Below are positions 19,265 through 29,847 of a DNA stretch of 64,000 nucleotides, piece after piece. Source of the DNA: an uncultured delta proteobacterium (lineage in GTDB: Bacteria; Desulfobacterota; Binatia; UBA9968); contig CAWJBB010000069.1 in assembly GCA_963840855.1 (NCBI GenBank), positions 56,290 through 120,289 of the forward strand. The letters are read 5' to 3'. Position 1 is the stretch's first letter. Each line of letters begins with the position of its first letter. A program made the translations under genes and the position numbers. The notes below the pieces were generated by a model. That model saw only the letters and a list, made by a program, of their open reading frames with translations, did no database searches and had not been told where the DNA came from.

Positions 19265-20236
19265 CTAAGCCAGGGCCGCGCGAATCGCTTTTGTGATGCG
19301 AGCCTCGGTTGGCCCGATGTATTCTTCCAGCGGCGGGCTGTAGGGCACGGGCACATCCAGCGTCGAGACGCGCCGGATCGCGGTTTTTAGTTTATCGAAG
19401 CCGGACTCGGCGATGCGCGCGGCGATTTCAGCGGCAACGCCGCAACTCTGATGAGTTTCATCGGCGATAACCACACGGCCGGTTTTTTCCACGGAAGATA
19501 AGACCGTCGCCAAGTCGAACGGCACCAGAGTGCGCGGGTCGACGACTTCGACTTCGATTTTTTCCTTGGCAAGCTGTTCGGCGGCTTTCAGACATACTTG
19601 AACCGTGTACGATGTCGCGATCAACGTGACATCACTGCCCTGGCGTTTCACATCCGCCACCCCGAACGGAATCGGCATATCGTTTTCGGGCACATCGCCG
19701 CGGATATCCAATAATTTTGTGTGATCGACGAAGATGGTTGGATTGTCACTGGCAACGGCCGTCTTGAGCAGGCCTTTGACGTCGCGCGGCGAGGATGGGA
19801 TCGCGATTTCCAACCCCGGGCAATTCCACAGCATGGCTTGGGGGCTGCCCGAGTGTTGGGCCGCGCCGCCGCCGCGAAGACCATGAAATAAATGAAAGAC
19901 AACGGGAACACGAGTCTGCCCGCCGGACATGGAGAAAGCATTGGCCGCTTCGTTGGCGACCTGGGGCCAGGCCTCGTAGATAAAACTGCCAGTGCTGAGA
20001 TCGACGACGGGACGAAGTCCCGCCATCGCCGCGCCCGTCGCCAGGCCGCAGAAACCGAGCTCGGAGATCGGCGGTGAGATCATGCGCTCGCCGTATCTCT
20101 GCAACAGGTTTTGGTAGATATGGCGATGGGGACTCAGGCTCAGAAAGGTGCCGTTGATCAAATGCACTCGCGGGTCAGCGGCCATGATTTCGTCCAATGC
20201 CTCGAATTTCGCTTCGTAGTAAGCAAGTTCTCTCAT
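19265..20236 (-). CDS. Second E1 beta subunit (divergent)
   Basis: PPISE, AAQHS, EVVDPRTL, DVPVPYS; lacks the N-terminal GEDV. Confidence 0.9.
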   Translation of the reverse strand: MRELAYYEAKFEALDEIMAADPRVHLINGTFLSLSPHRHIYQNLLQRYGERMISPPISELGFCGLATGAAMAGLRPVVDLSTGSFIYEAWPQVANEAANAFSMSGGQTRVPVVFHLFHGLRGGGAAQHSGSPQAMLWNCPGLEIAIPSSPRDVKGLLKTAVASDNPTIFVDHTKLLDIRGDVPENDMPIPFGVADVKRQGSDVTLIATSYTVQVCLKAAEQLAKEKIEVEVVDPRTLVPFDLATVLSSVEKTGRVVIADETHQSCGVAAEIAARIAESGFDKLKTAIRRVSTLDVPVPYSPPLEEYIGPTEARITKAIRAALA

Positions 20237-20342
20237 GTAGAATCCTCAGGGTTCCTGGTTTCAAGTTTATGGTTTCTAGTTGGAACTCTTGAGTCGCGGT
20301 CTTGATAACCAGAAACTAGTAACCAGAAACTAGAAACTTTAG

Positions 20343-21362
20343 TTACGCGAAGTAATCCCTTTCGGCTTCTTCCAGTTTCGGGTAGGGGCTGTTGACCGCG
20401 AACTCGACGGCGGCGGCAATCTGGGATTTCACTTGGCCCTCGATGCCGGTAATTTCATCCTTGGTCGCTTGCTCCGTTTCCACCAATTCACGAATAAAGA
20501 TCAGCAGCGGGTCGCAGCTGCGATACCACTCGCGGGCTTTTTCCGGAACGCTGCTCACATCCCATGCGAGCGAAGTATCCGTCGGCCGCGGCACCGTCGG
20601 CCAGTTCGTCTCGCTGCCGGGATATCGAACGGTTTGCGCTTCGACGAACTGCGGCCCCTCGCCGCGGCGAATTTTCTCCACCGCTTCGGCGATCGTCGCG
20701 TGCACCAGGCCGGCATCCATGCCGTCGATCTGCTGCGCTGGAACTTTGTAGGCTTTAGGCAGTTCGGTCAGCGGATACGCCGCCATCGTCGATGACTGCG
20801 CGGCCGCGACGGCGCGGCCGGCGCCGTATTTGCCGTTGTTCTCGCAGAGAAACAGCACCGGCAATTTGTAGAGCGAAGCGAGGTTAAACGCTTCCGGCGC
20901 GGCGCCTTCTTCCAGAGAGCCATCGCCGAACAGGCAGACGGTGATGCGCCCATTTTTCTGGGCTTTTGAAGCATAAGCGGTGCCGGTCGAGAGCGGAATG
21001 ATTCCCGCGACAACGCCGGAGCTGTGCAGAAAACCGAGTGACGGCGCGACGGAATGGAACGAGCCGCCCTTTCCCTTATTCAAGCCGTCGGCTCGTCCCA
21101 AGATTTCGGCATAGAGGTTTTTCGGCTCGACGCCGCGGGCGAGTAGATGACCATGGTTTCTGTGCGTTGTGAAGAGATAATCATCAGAGCGCAGACAGGA
21201 AATCGCCGGCACGCCGGTTCCCTCTTGCCCGACGTAAAGGTGGTAGTGTCCGCCAAATACTCCTTTGTCATGGAGCGGCACCAGATTCTCTTCAAAGTGG
21301 CGGATGACGAACATCCGGCGGCACATTTCCAACAACTGTTCTCGCGGCATTCTGGGTATCAT
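20343..21362 (-). CDS. Second E1 alpha subunit (divergent)
   Basis: GQEG, THRNHGH, GKGGSFH, GDG…ENN; RYPGS replaces RxxGH. Confidence 0.9.
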   Translation of the reverse strand: MIPRMPREQLLEMCRRMFVIRHFEENLVPLHDKGVFGGHYHLYVGQEGTGVPAISCLRSDDYLFTTHRNHGHLLARGVEPKNLYAEILGRADGLNKGKGGSFHSVAPSLGFLHSSGVVAGIIPLSTGTAYASKAQKNGRITVCLFGDGSLEEGAAPEAFNLASLYKLPVLFLCENNGKYGAGRAVAAAQSSTMAAYPLTELPKAYKVPAQQIDGMDAGLVHATIAEAVEKIRRGEGPQFVEAQTVRYPGSETNWPTVPRPTDTSLAWDVSSVPEKAREWYRSCDPLLIFIRELVETEQATKDEITGIEGQVKSQIAAAVEFAVNSPYPKLEEAERDYFA

Positions 21363-21656
21363 GATGATTTGTGACTTAGTTCAATTCAGCGACGTTTGTC
21401 AACGTCCCAGGGAAACGTCAAATTCAGTTTCACTTTACTGAATTGAATTCACAACTGGCGTTTGTCGAAAAATCCTCCCTTCCCCCCTTTTGAAAAAGAG
21501 GAGAATAAAAAGTCTCCTTTTGTAAAGGGAGATTTAGAGGGATTTTTAATCTGCTCAACACGATTTGGACGAGACCCTGGTCAACGTCCATTTGACAATG
21601 TTCGGGCGTGGAAGCTAGATTTCATTCGACGTATCATCTCCAAGGAGGTAACGACG

Positions 21657-22655
21657 ATGCGTAGCCGGTGGTGGTCGATGCTCTGGTTTCTCGGGGTTTC
21701 ATTGACGCTGCCGCTTCCCGTATCCGCGCAGGTCAAGGGACTCAAGAAAGTCCACGTGGGGGTGCCCGCCATCAGCATGGGCAACATCATTATTTACTTT
21801 TCCAAGGACGCCAAGATTTACGAGAAGCACGGTTTGGACGCTGAACCAGTATCGATGTCAGGTTCCGGCATCGCCTCACGAGCTCTGATCGCCGGCAGCG
21901 TGATCATATCGCCTATTACCACTCCAGCGGTGATGAGCGCCGTACTTGCCGGTTCGGATATGGTGATTTTGGCCCATACTATGCCAGGCGTGATCCAATC
22001 GCTGGTGGTGCGGCCGGACATAAAACGACCCGAGGATCTCAAGGGAAAAACAATTGGCGTCACGACATTCGGGTCGCTGGGCGATTTCCTTGTACGGCAC
22101 CTTGCCAGGCAAAAAGGACTCAATCCGGACAAGGACTTTGCGCTACGTCAAATCGGTGCTGACCCCGAGCGGTTTATTATGCTGCGGCAGGGAAGCATTC
22201 AAGCGGCAACTCTCTCCCATCCGACGTTCATCCTAGCACAACGGCTGGGATTCCAGGTGTTATGGGACTTTTTCAGAGACGTCGAATATCCGTGGAGTGA
22301 GATCGCCACCACCCGCAGTCTGATTAAGCAAGACCGTGACCTCGTGATGCGCTACATGCGCGCCCACCTCGAAGGCATCGCCCGTTTCAAGCAGGAGCCC
22401 GATTTAGCCAAGAAAGTCATCAAAAAAATGCTCCGACTGGACGACGAGTCGCTGGCGCAAGAGTCCTGGGAGTTGTTCGCAAAACACCGTATCGCCGCGC
22501 CCTATCCGAACATCAAGGGAATGAAAACAAGCTACGAATACGTCGCGCAAACCCGGCCTGACGTGTGGAAGCACAAGCCGGAGGAATTCGTCGATTCGAG
22601 TTTTGTCGAGGAATTGGATAAGAGCGGCTTCATCAAGAAACTCTACGAGAAGTAA
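21657..22655 (+). CDS. ABC substrate-binding protein, SsuA/THI5/NitT-TauT family
   Basis: AAGGAGG RBS, signal peptide, IKRPEDLKGKTIGV, DSSFVEELDKSGFI. Confidence 0.88.
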   Translation: MRSRWWSMLWFLGVSLTLPLPVSAQVKGLKKVHVGVPAISMGNIIIYFSKDAKIYEKHGLDAEPVSMSGSGIASRALIAGSVIISPITTPAVMSAVLAGSDMVILAHTMPGVIQSLVVRPDIKRPEDLKGKTIGVTTFGSLGDFLVRHLARQKGLNPDKDFALRQIGADPERFIMLRQGSIQAATLSHPTFILAQRLGFQVLWDFFRDVEYPWSEIATTRSLIKQDRDLVMRYMRAHLEGIARFKQEPDLAKKVIKKMLRLDDESLAQESWELFAKHRIAAPYPNIKGMKTSYEYVAQTRPDVWKHKPEEFVDSSFVEELDKSGFIKKLYEK

Positions 22656-22690
22656 TCAGCGCGGGAATGGCGCAATTTCGTTGATACGCG

Positions 22691-23125
22691 ATGGACCAGG
22701 ACGAATATTTGAAGAATCGCGTCGATGACCAGATCGCCTGGTACGAACGCAAAAGCGCCAGCAATCAACGCTGGTTTCGCCGGTTGCGCATCATCGAGAT
22801 CGTGGCCGCCGCTTTGATTCCATTGCTCGCGGCGTATGGCGATTGGGATCCGCTGAAAATCGCAGTCGCGGCGCTGGGCTTAGTGATTGCCGTCATTGCC
22901 GGCATCCTCGGACTGTTCCAATTTCAAGAGAACTGGACATCTTGTCGCAGCACCTGTGAATCTCTCAAACAGGAGAAATATCTCTTCCTCACGAAAACTG
23001 GGTCTTACGATCAGAAAGAGCCGTTTCCGCTGTTCGTGCAGCGTGTCGAGGGACTTATGGCCAGGGAACATTCCGCATGGGCGCAATCCGTTCGCACCGC
23101 CGGCAAGGAAAAGAGCCAGGAGTAA
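22691..23125 (+). CDS. DUF4231/SLATT-domain two-TM protein
   Basis: Y…RVDDQIAWY..KS..NQ, two TM helices, ENW…R.T.E.LK.EK…EH..W. Confidence 0.85.
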   Translation: MDQDEYLKNRVDDQIAWYERKSASNQRWFRRLRIIEIVAAALIPLLAAYGDWDPLKIAVAALGLVIAVIAGILGLFQFQENWTSCRSTCESLKQEKYLFLTKTGSYDQKEPFPLFVQRVEGLMAREHSAWAQSVRTAGKEKSQE

Positions 23126-23161
23126 TTATTGAATGATGGATATTCTGGCGCAATATTGGAT

Positions 23162-24155
23162 CTAATCAAGCCCGGTCAAGAGCACCGCAGCGCCTTGGAC
23201 TTGTCCCGCGCGCAAGCGCGCTAGAGCTTCATTGGCTTCTTCGAGTCGAAAGGTTTGAACTTCTGTTCGCACCGGGACTTTTGGCGCGAGGGCCATAAAT
23301 TCCTCAGCCGTCGCGGCGCGTGAGGTTGGCGACTGAACAGATGGAACGTTCTTCCCACAGGATTGAGTACGGAAAGGACGGGATGTCGCTCATGTGTATG
23401 CCGCCGCAGACGACGATTCCGCCTTTGCCCACGGCAGAAAGAGCTTGCGGAACCAGCTCGCCAACGGGCGCGAAGATAATTGCGGCGTCGAGCTTCACCG
23501 GCGGCGATTCATTCGACCCGCCGGCCCAGACGGCGCCAAGTCCAAGCGCGAAACGTTTTGCTTCTTCGTCTCCTGGGCGTGTGAAGGCGTAAATCTCGCG
23601 TTTCTGGTAGCGCGCTACCTGAGCGACGATATGCGCGGCGGCGCCAAAGCCGTAAATTCCGAGGCGCTTTCCTTCTCCGGCTTTGACGAGACTTCGATAG
23701 CCGATCAAGCCGGCGCACAAAAGCGGCGCCGCTTCGGCGTCACTGTATGATTCGGGAATAGGAAAACAATAACGCTGATCGGCGACGGTGTATTCGGCAT
23801 AGCCGCCGTCAAGCGTGTAGCCAGTAAATTTAGCGCTATCGCACAGATTTTCCTGCCCCGACCGGCAGTGCGAGCACTCGCCGCATGTCCATCCGAGCCA
23901 TGGCACGCCGACCCGGTCACTGATTCTGAATCGATCGACTCCGTCTCCCAGCTGTTCGACCGTGCCAACGATCTCATGTCCAGGCACAAGCGGCAGTTTA
24001 GGCTGAGCTAACTCCCCGTCGACAACGTGCAAGTCCGTTCGACACACGGCGCATGCGCGCACACGAATTAAAACCTGCCCCGCGTTGGGCTTCGGAATCG
24101 GCGAATCCGCCAGCCGCAACGGTTGTCCAGCGTCTTCGAAAAGCATCGCGCGCAT
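23162..24155 (-). CDS. Zn-dependent alcohol dehydrogenase (AdhP-like), frameshift near 23305
   Basis: CRTDLH, GHE, 4-Cys structural Zn site. The C-terminus (EEFMALAPKV…GAAVL) continues in another frame to TAG at 23162. Confidence 0.9.
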
Positions 24156-24352
24156 AGACTAAATGTATTCCTATCGGTCTTACTTACGAAGCCAAATGCA
24201 TCGCTAGGCGCGCCTACGAACAGGCCAGCGTACGACAATCGAGTTTTGCGAAGCATACGGGGAGATGTACGCAGACATGGCCGGGCGCGCTGACCCGCTG
24301 ACACCGCTGCATAACCAAGGAGAATCGCTTAGGATTGTGCTTAACGATTTCG

Positions 24353-24661
24353 CTAGTCCAGATCGATATCTTTAAGTGGCTTGGTGATCGGCTCTTCCTT
24401 GGCTTTCTTGAAGAGTTCTTGGAACTTCGCTTCGAGGACTTTTGATTTGTTTTTTTCTGCTTCCACGATTTTCTGATACTTTTCGTCACGGCGGGCCGCT
24501 TCACCGTGCACCATCTTGACGGCGTCCTTCAAATCCACTGCCATTTGCGGTCTGACCGGCACCTTATGATCGAGAACCACCGCCAGTCCCGGGTCAATGG
24601 TCAGCGTGGCATCACAGCAGGGGCAGGTAACGGTTATGTTAGAACTGCTATTCTCAGGCAT
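24353..24661 (-). CDS. Hypothetical protein with N-terminal CPCC motif and coiled coil
   Basis: GGAGG RBS; protein-like composition. Confidence 0.7.
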   Translation of the reverse strand: MPENSSSNITVTCPCCDATLTIDPGLAVVLDHKVPVRPQMAVDLKDAVKMVHGEAARRDEKYQKIVEAEKNKSKVLEAKFQELFKKAKEEPITKPLKDIDLD

Positions 24662-24798
24662 TTGATCCTCCGGGTTTCCACATAGGTATGAGCCCCGTCA
24701 TTAAGTTTTGGATTTTTGATTGCCGATTTTGGATTGAAATACGAATCCGTTTCCGAAATCTCCAATCTAAGATCCAAACTTGAAAATCCAGAAATAGG

Positions 24799-25167
24799 TT
24801 AGCCTCTCAACTCGATCTGTTCTCCATCCGGACCGCCGAAGACGACGCGGCGCCAGCCTTTCTCTCTCGGCTCGCGCGCGGCAGTGTCATGGGGGGCCCG
24901 GATCAATTGTACACCGTCTTTCCGAAGTTGGTCTACCGTCTGGTCGAAGCTGTCCGTCTCCAAACAAAAATGGAACCCCTGCATCGCACCATCGGAATGG
25001 TGGGTGAGTTCCAGTACGGTGTCGCCGAGTCTGAGGTAGGCGATCTGCAATCCGCCGCTGGCGGTTTGTTGAAAATAATGCTTGAAACCGAAATGCCTCT
25101 CGTAAAAAGCGACGGAACGGTTGAGATCGCTGACGTGAATGGCCACATGGTCGATGCGTTTGAACAT
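24799..25167 (-). CDS. VOC/glyoxalase family protein
   Basis: IDHVAI.V.DL.RS..FY, HFC, PDGEQIEL. Confidence 0.9.
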   Translation of the reverse strand: MFKRIDHVAIHVSDLNRSVAFYERHFGFKHYFQQTASGGLQIAYLRLGDTVLELTHHSDGAMQGFHFCLETDSFDQTVDQLRKDGVQLIRAPHDTAAREPREKGWRRVVFGGPDGEQIELRG

Positions 25168-25291
25168 AATCGCAAACCTCGCCGGTTATCGCAGGATGAT
25201 AGTCCGCGGCGTCATAGTTTTGCAAGTAGCTCGCAAACATGTGAAATAGAACCACGGGAAGTTTGTTCATGGAGGCGGATCCCACACACTC

Positions 25292-25972
25292 ATGCCCATC
25301 TACCGGTTAATCCAAGAAGTGGTTTTCCCGCGGCCCGAGCAGGCTGATCCCAGCGGTCTCCTGGCGGTCGGCGGTGACCTCTCCAGCGAGCGTTTGCTGG
25401 AAGCCTACCGTCTGGGCATTTTCCCGTGGTACTCCGGCGACGAACCGATTCTGTGGTGGTCGCCTGATCCGCGCCTGGTGCTCGATCTTGGCGATTTCAA
25501 GATCTCCCGGAGCCTGCGCAAGACCCTCAACAAAGAAATTTTTGATGTGACCTTCGACCGGGCCTTCGGCGACGTTATTCGTGCCTGCGCCTTGGCGCCG
25601 CGCGACGGGCAACGCGGCACCTGGATCACCGATGATATGCAAGAGGCCTACGTGCGCCTTCACAAGCTCGGGTATGCTCATTCTGTGGAATCATGGTTTG
25701 ACGGTAAGTTGGCCGGCGGTCTGTACGGTGTTTCGCTCGGCAAGGCATTTTTCGGTGAATCGATGTTTCACCGGACAGCCGATGCTTCAAAGGTAGCGTT
25801 GGCGGCGCTGGTGGAACGGCTCAAGTTGTGGAAATTTCATTTTATCGACGCGCAAATGACCACTGCGCACTTGTTGCGTCTAGGCGCGAAGGAATTGCCC
25901 AGGCGAGTTTTTCTCAAGCGCCTCGGCGAAGCACTGCGCGGCCCGAGCAAGAAGGGCAGGTGGGATGTATGA
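25292..25972 (+). CDS. aat: Leucyl/phenylalanyl-tRNA--protein transferase
   Basis: GLLAVGGDL, AY..GIFPW, WWSPDPR, AHSVE, GGLYGV, FFGESMF, DASK. Confidence 0.97.
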   Translation: MPIYRLIQEVVFPRPEQADPSGLLAVGGDLSSERLLEAYRLGIFPWYSGDEPILWWSPDPRLVLDLGDFKISRSLRKTLNKEIFDVTFDRAFGDVIRACALAPRDGQRGTWITDDMQEAYVRLHKLGYAHSVESWFDGKLAGGLYGVSLGKAFFGESMFHRTADASKVALAALVERLKLWKFHFIDAQMTTAHLLRLGAKELPRRVFLKRLGEALRGPSKKGRWDV

Positions 25973-25977
25973 GGTCC

Positions 25978-26499
25978 CTATTCGCTCGTGCGCAGCACAG
26001 TTTCCAGACTGCGCGCCGTGGGAAACTCGAGAGTTAGCAAAATCAAACTCAATGCCGACAGGGCGTACTGATCCGAGAAATAGCGGCCCACGATGGCAAG
26101 CACCAAGCCGTAAACCGCAAGGGCTTCGATGATGGCATAGAGGACAATTTTGCGTGTTACGTAAGTCGATACCAGTAAAGCGGCCTCTTTTTCGTGGAGA
26201 CCATTGTAGCTGTCTAAAGCGCGTAGCATTTTAGTTTTGGACGATGCCGCGGCGATCGCGGCTGGCGTCAAATAACGCTTTTTCCAGTATACATAGTAGC
26301 CCAAGTCCACGATCGCCAGCGCCCAGAAGATCATTCTCGCAGTATCGGCAAACCATAGACCGCCCGCGTATTTCGGGTTTGCCAGAACGTTGTCGGCGAT
26401 CACGATATAGATCACGATGAAAATTGTGAAGGCGCTCCAGAGAATGACTGCGGCGCCGCGCTGGTCCATTAATACTTGGCGAAATTCAGGACGAATCAT
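25978..26499 (-). CDS. Hypothetical membrane protein (about 4 TM helices)
   Basis: Hydrophobic segments; fills the intergenic space. Confidence 0.7.
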   Translation of the reverse strand: MIRPEFRQVLMDQRGAAVILWSAFTIFIVIYIVIADNVLANPKYAGGLWFADTARMIFWALAIVDLGYYVYWKKRYLTPAAIAAASSKTKMLRALDSYNGLHEKEAALLVSTYVTRKIVLYAIIEALAVYGLVLAIVGRYFSDQYALSALSLILLTLEFPTARSLETVLRTSE

Positions 26500-26694
26500 T
26501 GTCGCTTCTTATCACATTTCAGTCCCGCCTGCTGCATGGCAAGCATCTTAGTCTTGAGTCTCGGGGAAATCGTGCTCGTTTTTTCGAACACGAACCACGA
26601 ACACGAATAATGAAAGCTGCGCGCCTGTGAACTTGTTGGTTTCAGCGCCGGATGGTATAGGGGCAGCAGCGACTCAGTTTGGAGGGAAGCAATC

Positions 26695-28287
26695 ATGGCC
26701 GAATTCGATATCGTCATCCACGGCGGTCGGCTGATCGACGGCACGGGCAATCCCTGGTTCTACAATGACGTGGGGATCAAAGACGGCAAGATCGCGAGCA
26801 TCGGCAGAATCAATCCTGAAGCCGGTCAGAGGGCGATCTCGGCCAAAGGCATGGTCGTCACTCCGGGTTATATCGATATGCACACGCATAGCGACCAGCC
26901 GATCATCAATGACGGCAACGCCGAGAGCAAAGTCCGGCAGGGCGTAACGCTGGACATCATCGGCGAAAGTCAGACGGTGGCGCCGTTGGAAGGCGCGATC
27001 TTAGAGGAATACCGGTTGGAGCACCGCAAACGCAACGGCATCGAAACCGACTGGAAAACCTTCACGGAGTATTTCGATCGAGTGATGAAAGGCGGCGTTT
27101 CGATCAACGTCGCCTCAGGTGTATCGCCGCAGCAAGTCAAGCGCGTTGTTTGCGGTTTCGACGAGCGGCCGGCCAATCTCGCCGAGCAGGAAGAGATGAA
27201 TCGTTTTGTCTCACAAGCGATGGAAGAGGGCGCCCTCGGCCTCACCGCGGCGTGGCACTCCAAAGGGCCGGAATATCCCAACGAAGTGGTTGAGATGGCG
27301 AAAGTCGCGCGCCGTTACGGCGGCTACTATGGGGTGCACGTTGGCAGCGAGGGTTTCGATATTTTTGAAGAGCTGGCCAAGACCTTGCGTATCGCGAGAG
27401 AGTCCGGGATTCCCATTCACGTCTACCACCTCAAGATGCGCGCCAAGAGCAACTGGGGGCGCGTGCGCGAAGTGGTCGAGCAGATCGAGGAGGCCCGCCG
27501 CGAAGGACTGGAGATCACGGCCAATCAATACCCTTATACAGCGATGCAACATCCGTGGCGCCGGCTGTTTCCGCGCTGGGTGCAGGACGCGCCGGTCAAT
27601 GAGACCATCGCGCAGTTCAAAATCGCAAGTTTTCGTGAACGCGTGATAAAAGATCCCGAGTTCGATCAATATGTAAACGAGCATGGCGGTTGGGAAGGCA
27701 TCGTCGCAGCGCGCCTGGACACGGCGGGCTTGAAGAAATTCGAAGGTATGACGATTGCCGAGATCGCCCAGATCCGAGAAGAAGACCCGATTAGCACCTG
27801 CTTTGATTTGATCTACGAAGAAGGGGCGTTCATTCACGGCGTGCACCACACGATGAACGAAGAAGATGTGAAAGCCGTGATGCGCGTGCCGTGGGTGTCC
27901 ATCGGCTCGGACGGCAGCGCCTTGAACCTGAAATATCCGGGCAAGCCGCACCCGCGCAGTTTTGGAACAAACCCCCGCGTGCTCGGCAAGTACACGCGGG
28001 AGGAACATGTGCTTCAACTGGAAGACGCGGTGCGCAAGATGACGTCGATGCCTGCGCAAGTGCTCGGACTAAAAGACCGGGGTTTGTTGCGCGAAGGTTA
28101 TTGGGGCGACGTGGTTGTCTTGGACCCCGATACGGTGGCGGACACGGCGACCTACGATAATCCCAAACAATATCCTAAGGGAATTCCTTACGTGGTGGTG
28201 AACGGGGCCGTGGTTATCGATAATAACCACCACACCGGCGCGCGGCCCGGACGAGTGGTCTACGGGCCGGGCAAGACGACGCCATAG
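26695..28287 (+). CDS. N-acyl-D-amino-acid deacylase (D-aminoacylase family)
   Basis: PGYIDMHTHSD, QGVT, YPYTA, GSDG, PHPRSFGT.PRVLG. Confidence 0.93.
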   Translation: MAEFDIVIHGGRLIDGTGNPWFYNDVGIKDGKIASIGRINPEAGQRAISAKGMVVTPGYIDMHTHSDQPIINDGNAESKVRQGVTLDIIGESQTVAPLEGAILEEYRLEHRKRNGIETDWKTFTEYFDRVMKGGVSINVASGVSPQQVKRVVCGFDERPANLAEQEEMNRFVSQAMEEGALGLTAAWHSKGPEYPNEVVEMAKVARRYGGYYGVHVGSEGFDIFEELAKTLRIARESGIPIHVYHLKMRAKSNWGRVREVVEQIEEARREGLEITANQYPYTAMQHPWRRLFPRWVQDAPVNETIAQFKIASFRERVIKDPEFDQYVNEHGGWEGIVAARLDTAGLKKFEGMTIAEIAQIREEDPISTCFDLIYEEGAFIHGVHHTMNEEDVKAVMRVPWVSIGSDGSALNLKYPGKPHPRSFGTNPRVLGKYTREEHVLQLEDAVRKMTSMPAQVLGLKDRGLLREGYWGDVVVLDPDTVADTATYDNPKQYPKGIPYVVVNGAVVIDNNHHTGARPGRVVYGPGKTTP

Positions 28288-28348
28288 AAACAAGAAAATT
28301 CACCACAAAGGACCTAGCGCGGCAAAGCCGCAACCAAAACTAGGAATA

Positions 28349-28459
28349 TCTCGCGCAAAGACGCCAAGGCCGCAAAGGTCGGAGAAAAATGGTGAAGATC
28401 GTTTGTAAGATTATCAATCTTTCCCTTCCGAACTTGGCGTGCTTTGCGCCTTGGTGCGA
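28349..28459. repeat. Imperfect intergenic inverted repeat (CGCAAAG/CGCCAAG units)
   Basis: CTCGCGCAAAGACGCCAAGG…CTTGGCGTGCTTTGCGCCTTGGTGCGAG between convergent genes. Confidence 0.65.
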
Positions 28460-28614
28460 GTCAATCCCCGCATTCGAGTATTTCAGGTTACCGGAAAATT
28501 TGCGCGAGCCGCGAAAACTCTTAAACATAGTAGGACAAAGAACTCATTGAGCGCGAAGAGCGCAAGATAAAAATTTTGTGACAATTGTGTTTTTGAGGTT
28601 ATATTTCTACCGCC

Positions 28615-29682
28615 TCAACGGCCTAAGAAAATCTGGCTAAACTCCTTGCCGGTTTGATCCATAATCGGGCCGATAAAGTCGGCGTCGACGAGAAACATTT
28701 CCTTCTCCAGCAATTCCGGGAATCTTTGCTTGACGCCTTTGCGCGCGACGACGCGGCCAAAGGTGGTGATCATCGTTTGGCCTTCCTCCGATAGCGCCCA
28801 GTCTGTGAACAGCGCGGCCGCGTGTGGGTGCGGCGCGTGGCGCGATACCATTAGTTTGTTTGCTTGCCCGAAATAAGGATCCAGCATCACCTGCTCGATA
28901 GGCGCTCCTCTCGCTTTCAAGTCCAACACCGTATGCCCCGACAGCACGATGGCTATCGGCCGTTCGCCCGCGGTCAATAGCTGGCTTTGCCCCGTGCGAC
29001 CACGGGCGAGCCGCAGATCCTGTTTGGCGAGGGCGCGCATGTACTGAAGCCCCTTCTCTCGCCCCATGTGCCTCAATAAAATTGCGAACCACTCGTAGGC
29101 CTCGTCGTCGAGATACATGTTCCCTTTCCACTTGGGCTGAAGGAGATCCTCGTAGCTCTTCGGCACGTCGCCGCGCTTGACGAGATTGGTGTTGTAGCCG
29201 AGCACGATCGGGATCACGTAGAGAGAAGTAAAAAATCCTTCTTTGTCCCGGTTCGAACCCGAGTAGAATTCCCGCTGCGGCGAGAGGTAAGGATCGATGG
29301 CGCCGATCTTTTTGAGCGCTGACCCTTGCTCGGCGGAGCCGTTGGTGACATCGAACAGATGATTGCCGGAATTCATCTCGGTTTGGATCTTGATCACCTG
29401 GCGGTTGCCGGAAACGCGGTAGGGATTGACCCTAACGAAGGGATAGCGCTTCTGAAAAACGCGTATGAACGGATCGATCTGCTGCGCCTGCAGAGAACTG
29501 TAGAAAGATACTTCACCCTCGGCCTTGGCTTTTTCGACAAGGATTTTCTGCCGTTGGTCGGGAGGTAGCTTGTTGAGTTTGGCCAAGACCGCGCCGGCGG
29601 GTTCTGGAGCAGCGCCGGCGAGCACCACGCTTGGTGGAAGAGCGAGCAGGAACGCGAAAACAATCTGAACGAAGCATTTCAT
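28615..29682 (-). CDS. ABC substrate-binding protein (Fe3+/thiamine-type)
   Basis: AKAEGEV.FY, YNTNLV…PKSYEDLL.PKWKG, APHPHAAALF.DW.LSEEGQ. Confidence 0.88.
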   Translation of the reverse strand: MKCFVQIVFAFLLALPPSVVLAGAAPEPAGAVLAKLNKLPPDQRQKILVEKAKAEGEVSFYSSLQAQQIDPFIRVFQKRYPFVRVNPYRVSGNRQVIKIQTEMNSGNHLFDVTNGSAEQGSALKKIGAIDPYLSPQREFYSGSNRDKEGFFTSLYVIPIVLGYNTNLVKRGDVPKSYEDLLQPKWKGNMYLDDEAYEWFAILLRHMGREKGLQYMRALAKQDLRLARGRTGQSQLLTAGERPIAIVLSGHTVLDLKARGAPIEQVMLDPYFGQANKLMVSRHAPHPHAAALFTDWALSEEGQTMITTFGRVVARKGVKQRFPELLEKEMFLVDADFIGPIMDQTGKEFSQIFLGR

Positions 29683-29847
29683 AGAATCTAACCTCCGCCA
29701 TATTACCGCTGTAGACGACATATCTATGACTTGTCCGCTTATCGTAGGCGATCTTGCGTGTCAAGCGCAGCGACCCCCTCATTGACAGCATTTTTCGGAT
29801 TCGATAGCGTTTCGAACATTCGAGCATCGATGCTTTTCGAGGGGGTC

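Noticed and set aside
21380-21446. TTCAATTCAG…CTGAATTGAA inverted repeat as another copy of the 70-bp site
   Set aside because: Arm orientation and internal sequence differ; more likely an operator in the divergent promoter region.
21462-21656. N-terminal extension of the SsuA-type SBP
   Set aside because: It translates an intergenic palindromic repeat; the real RBS and signal peptide start at 21657.
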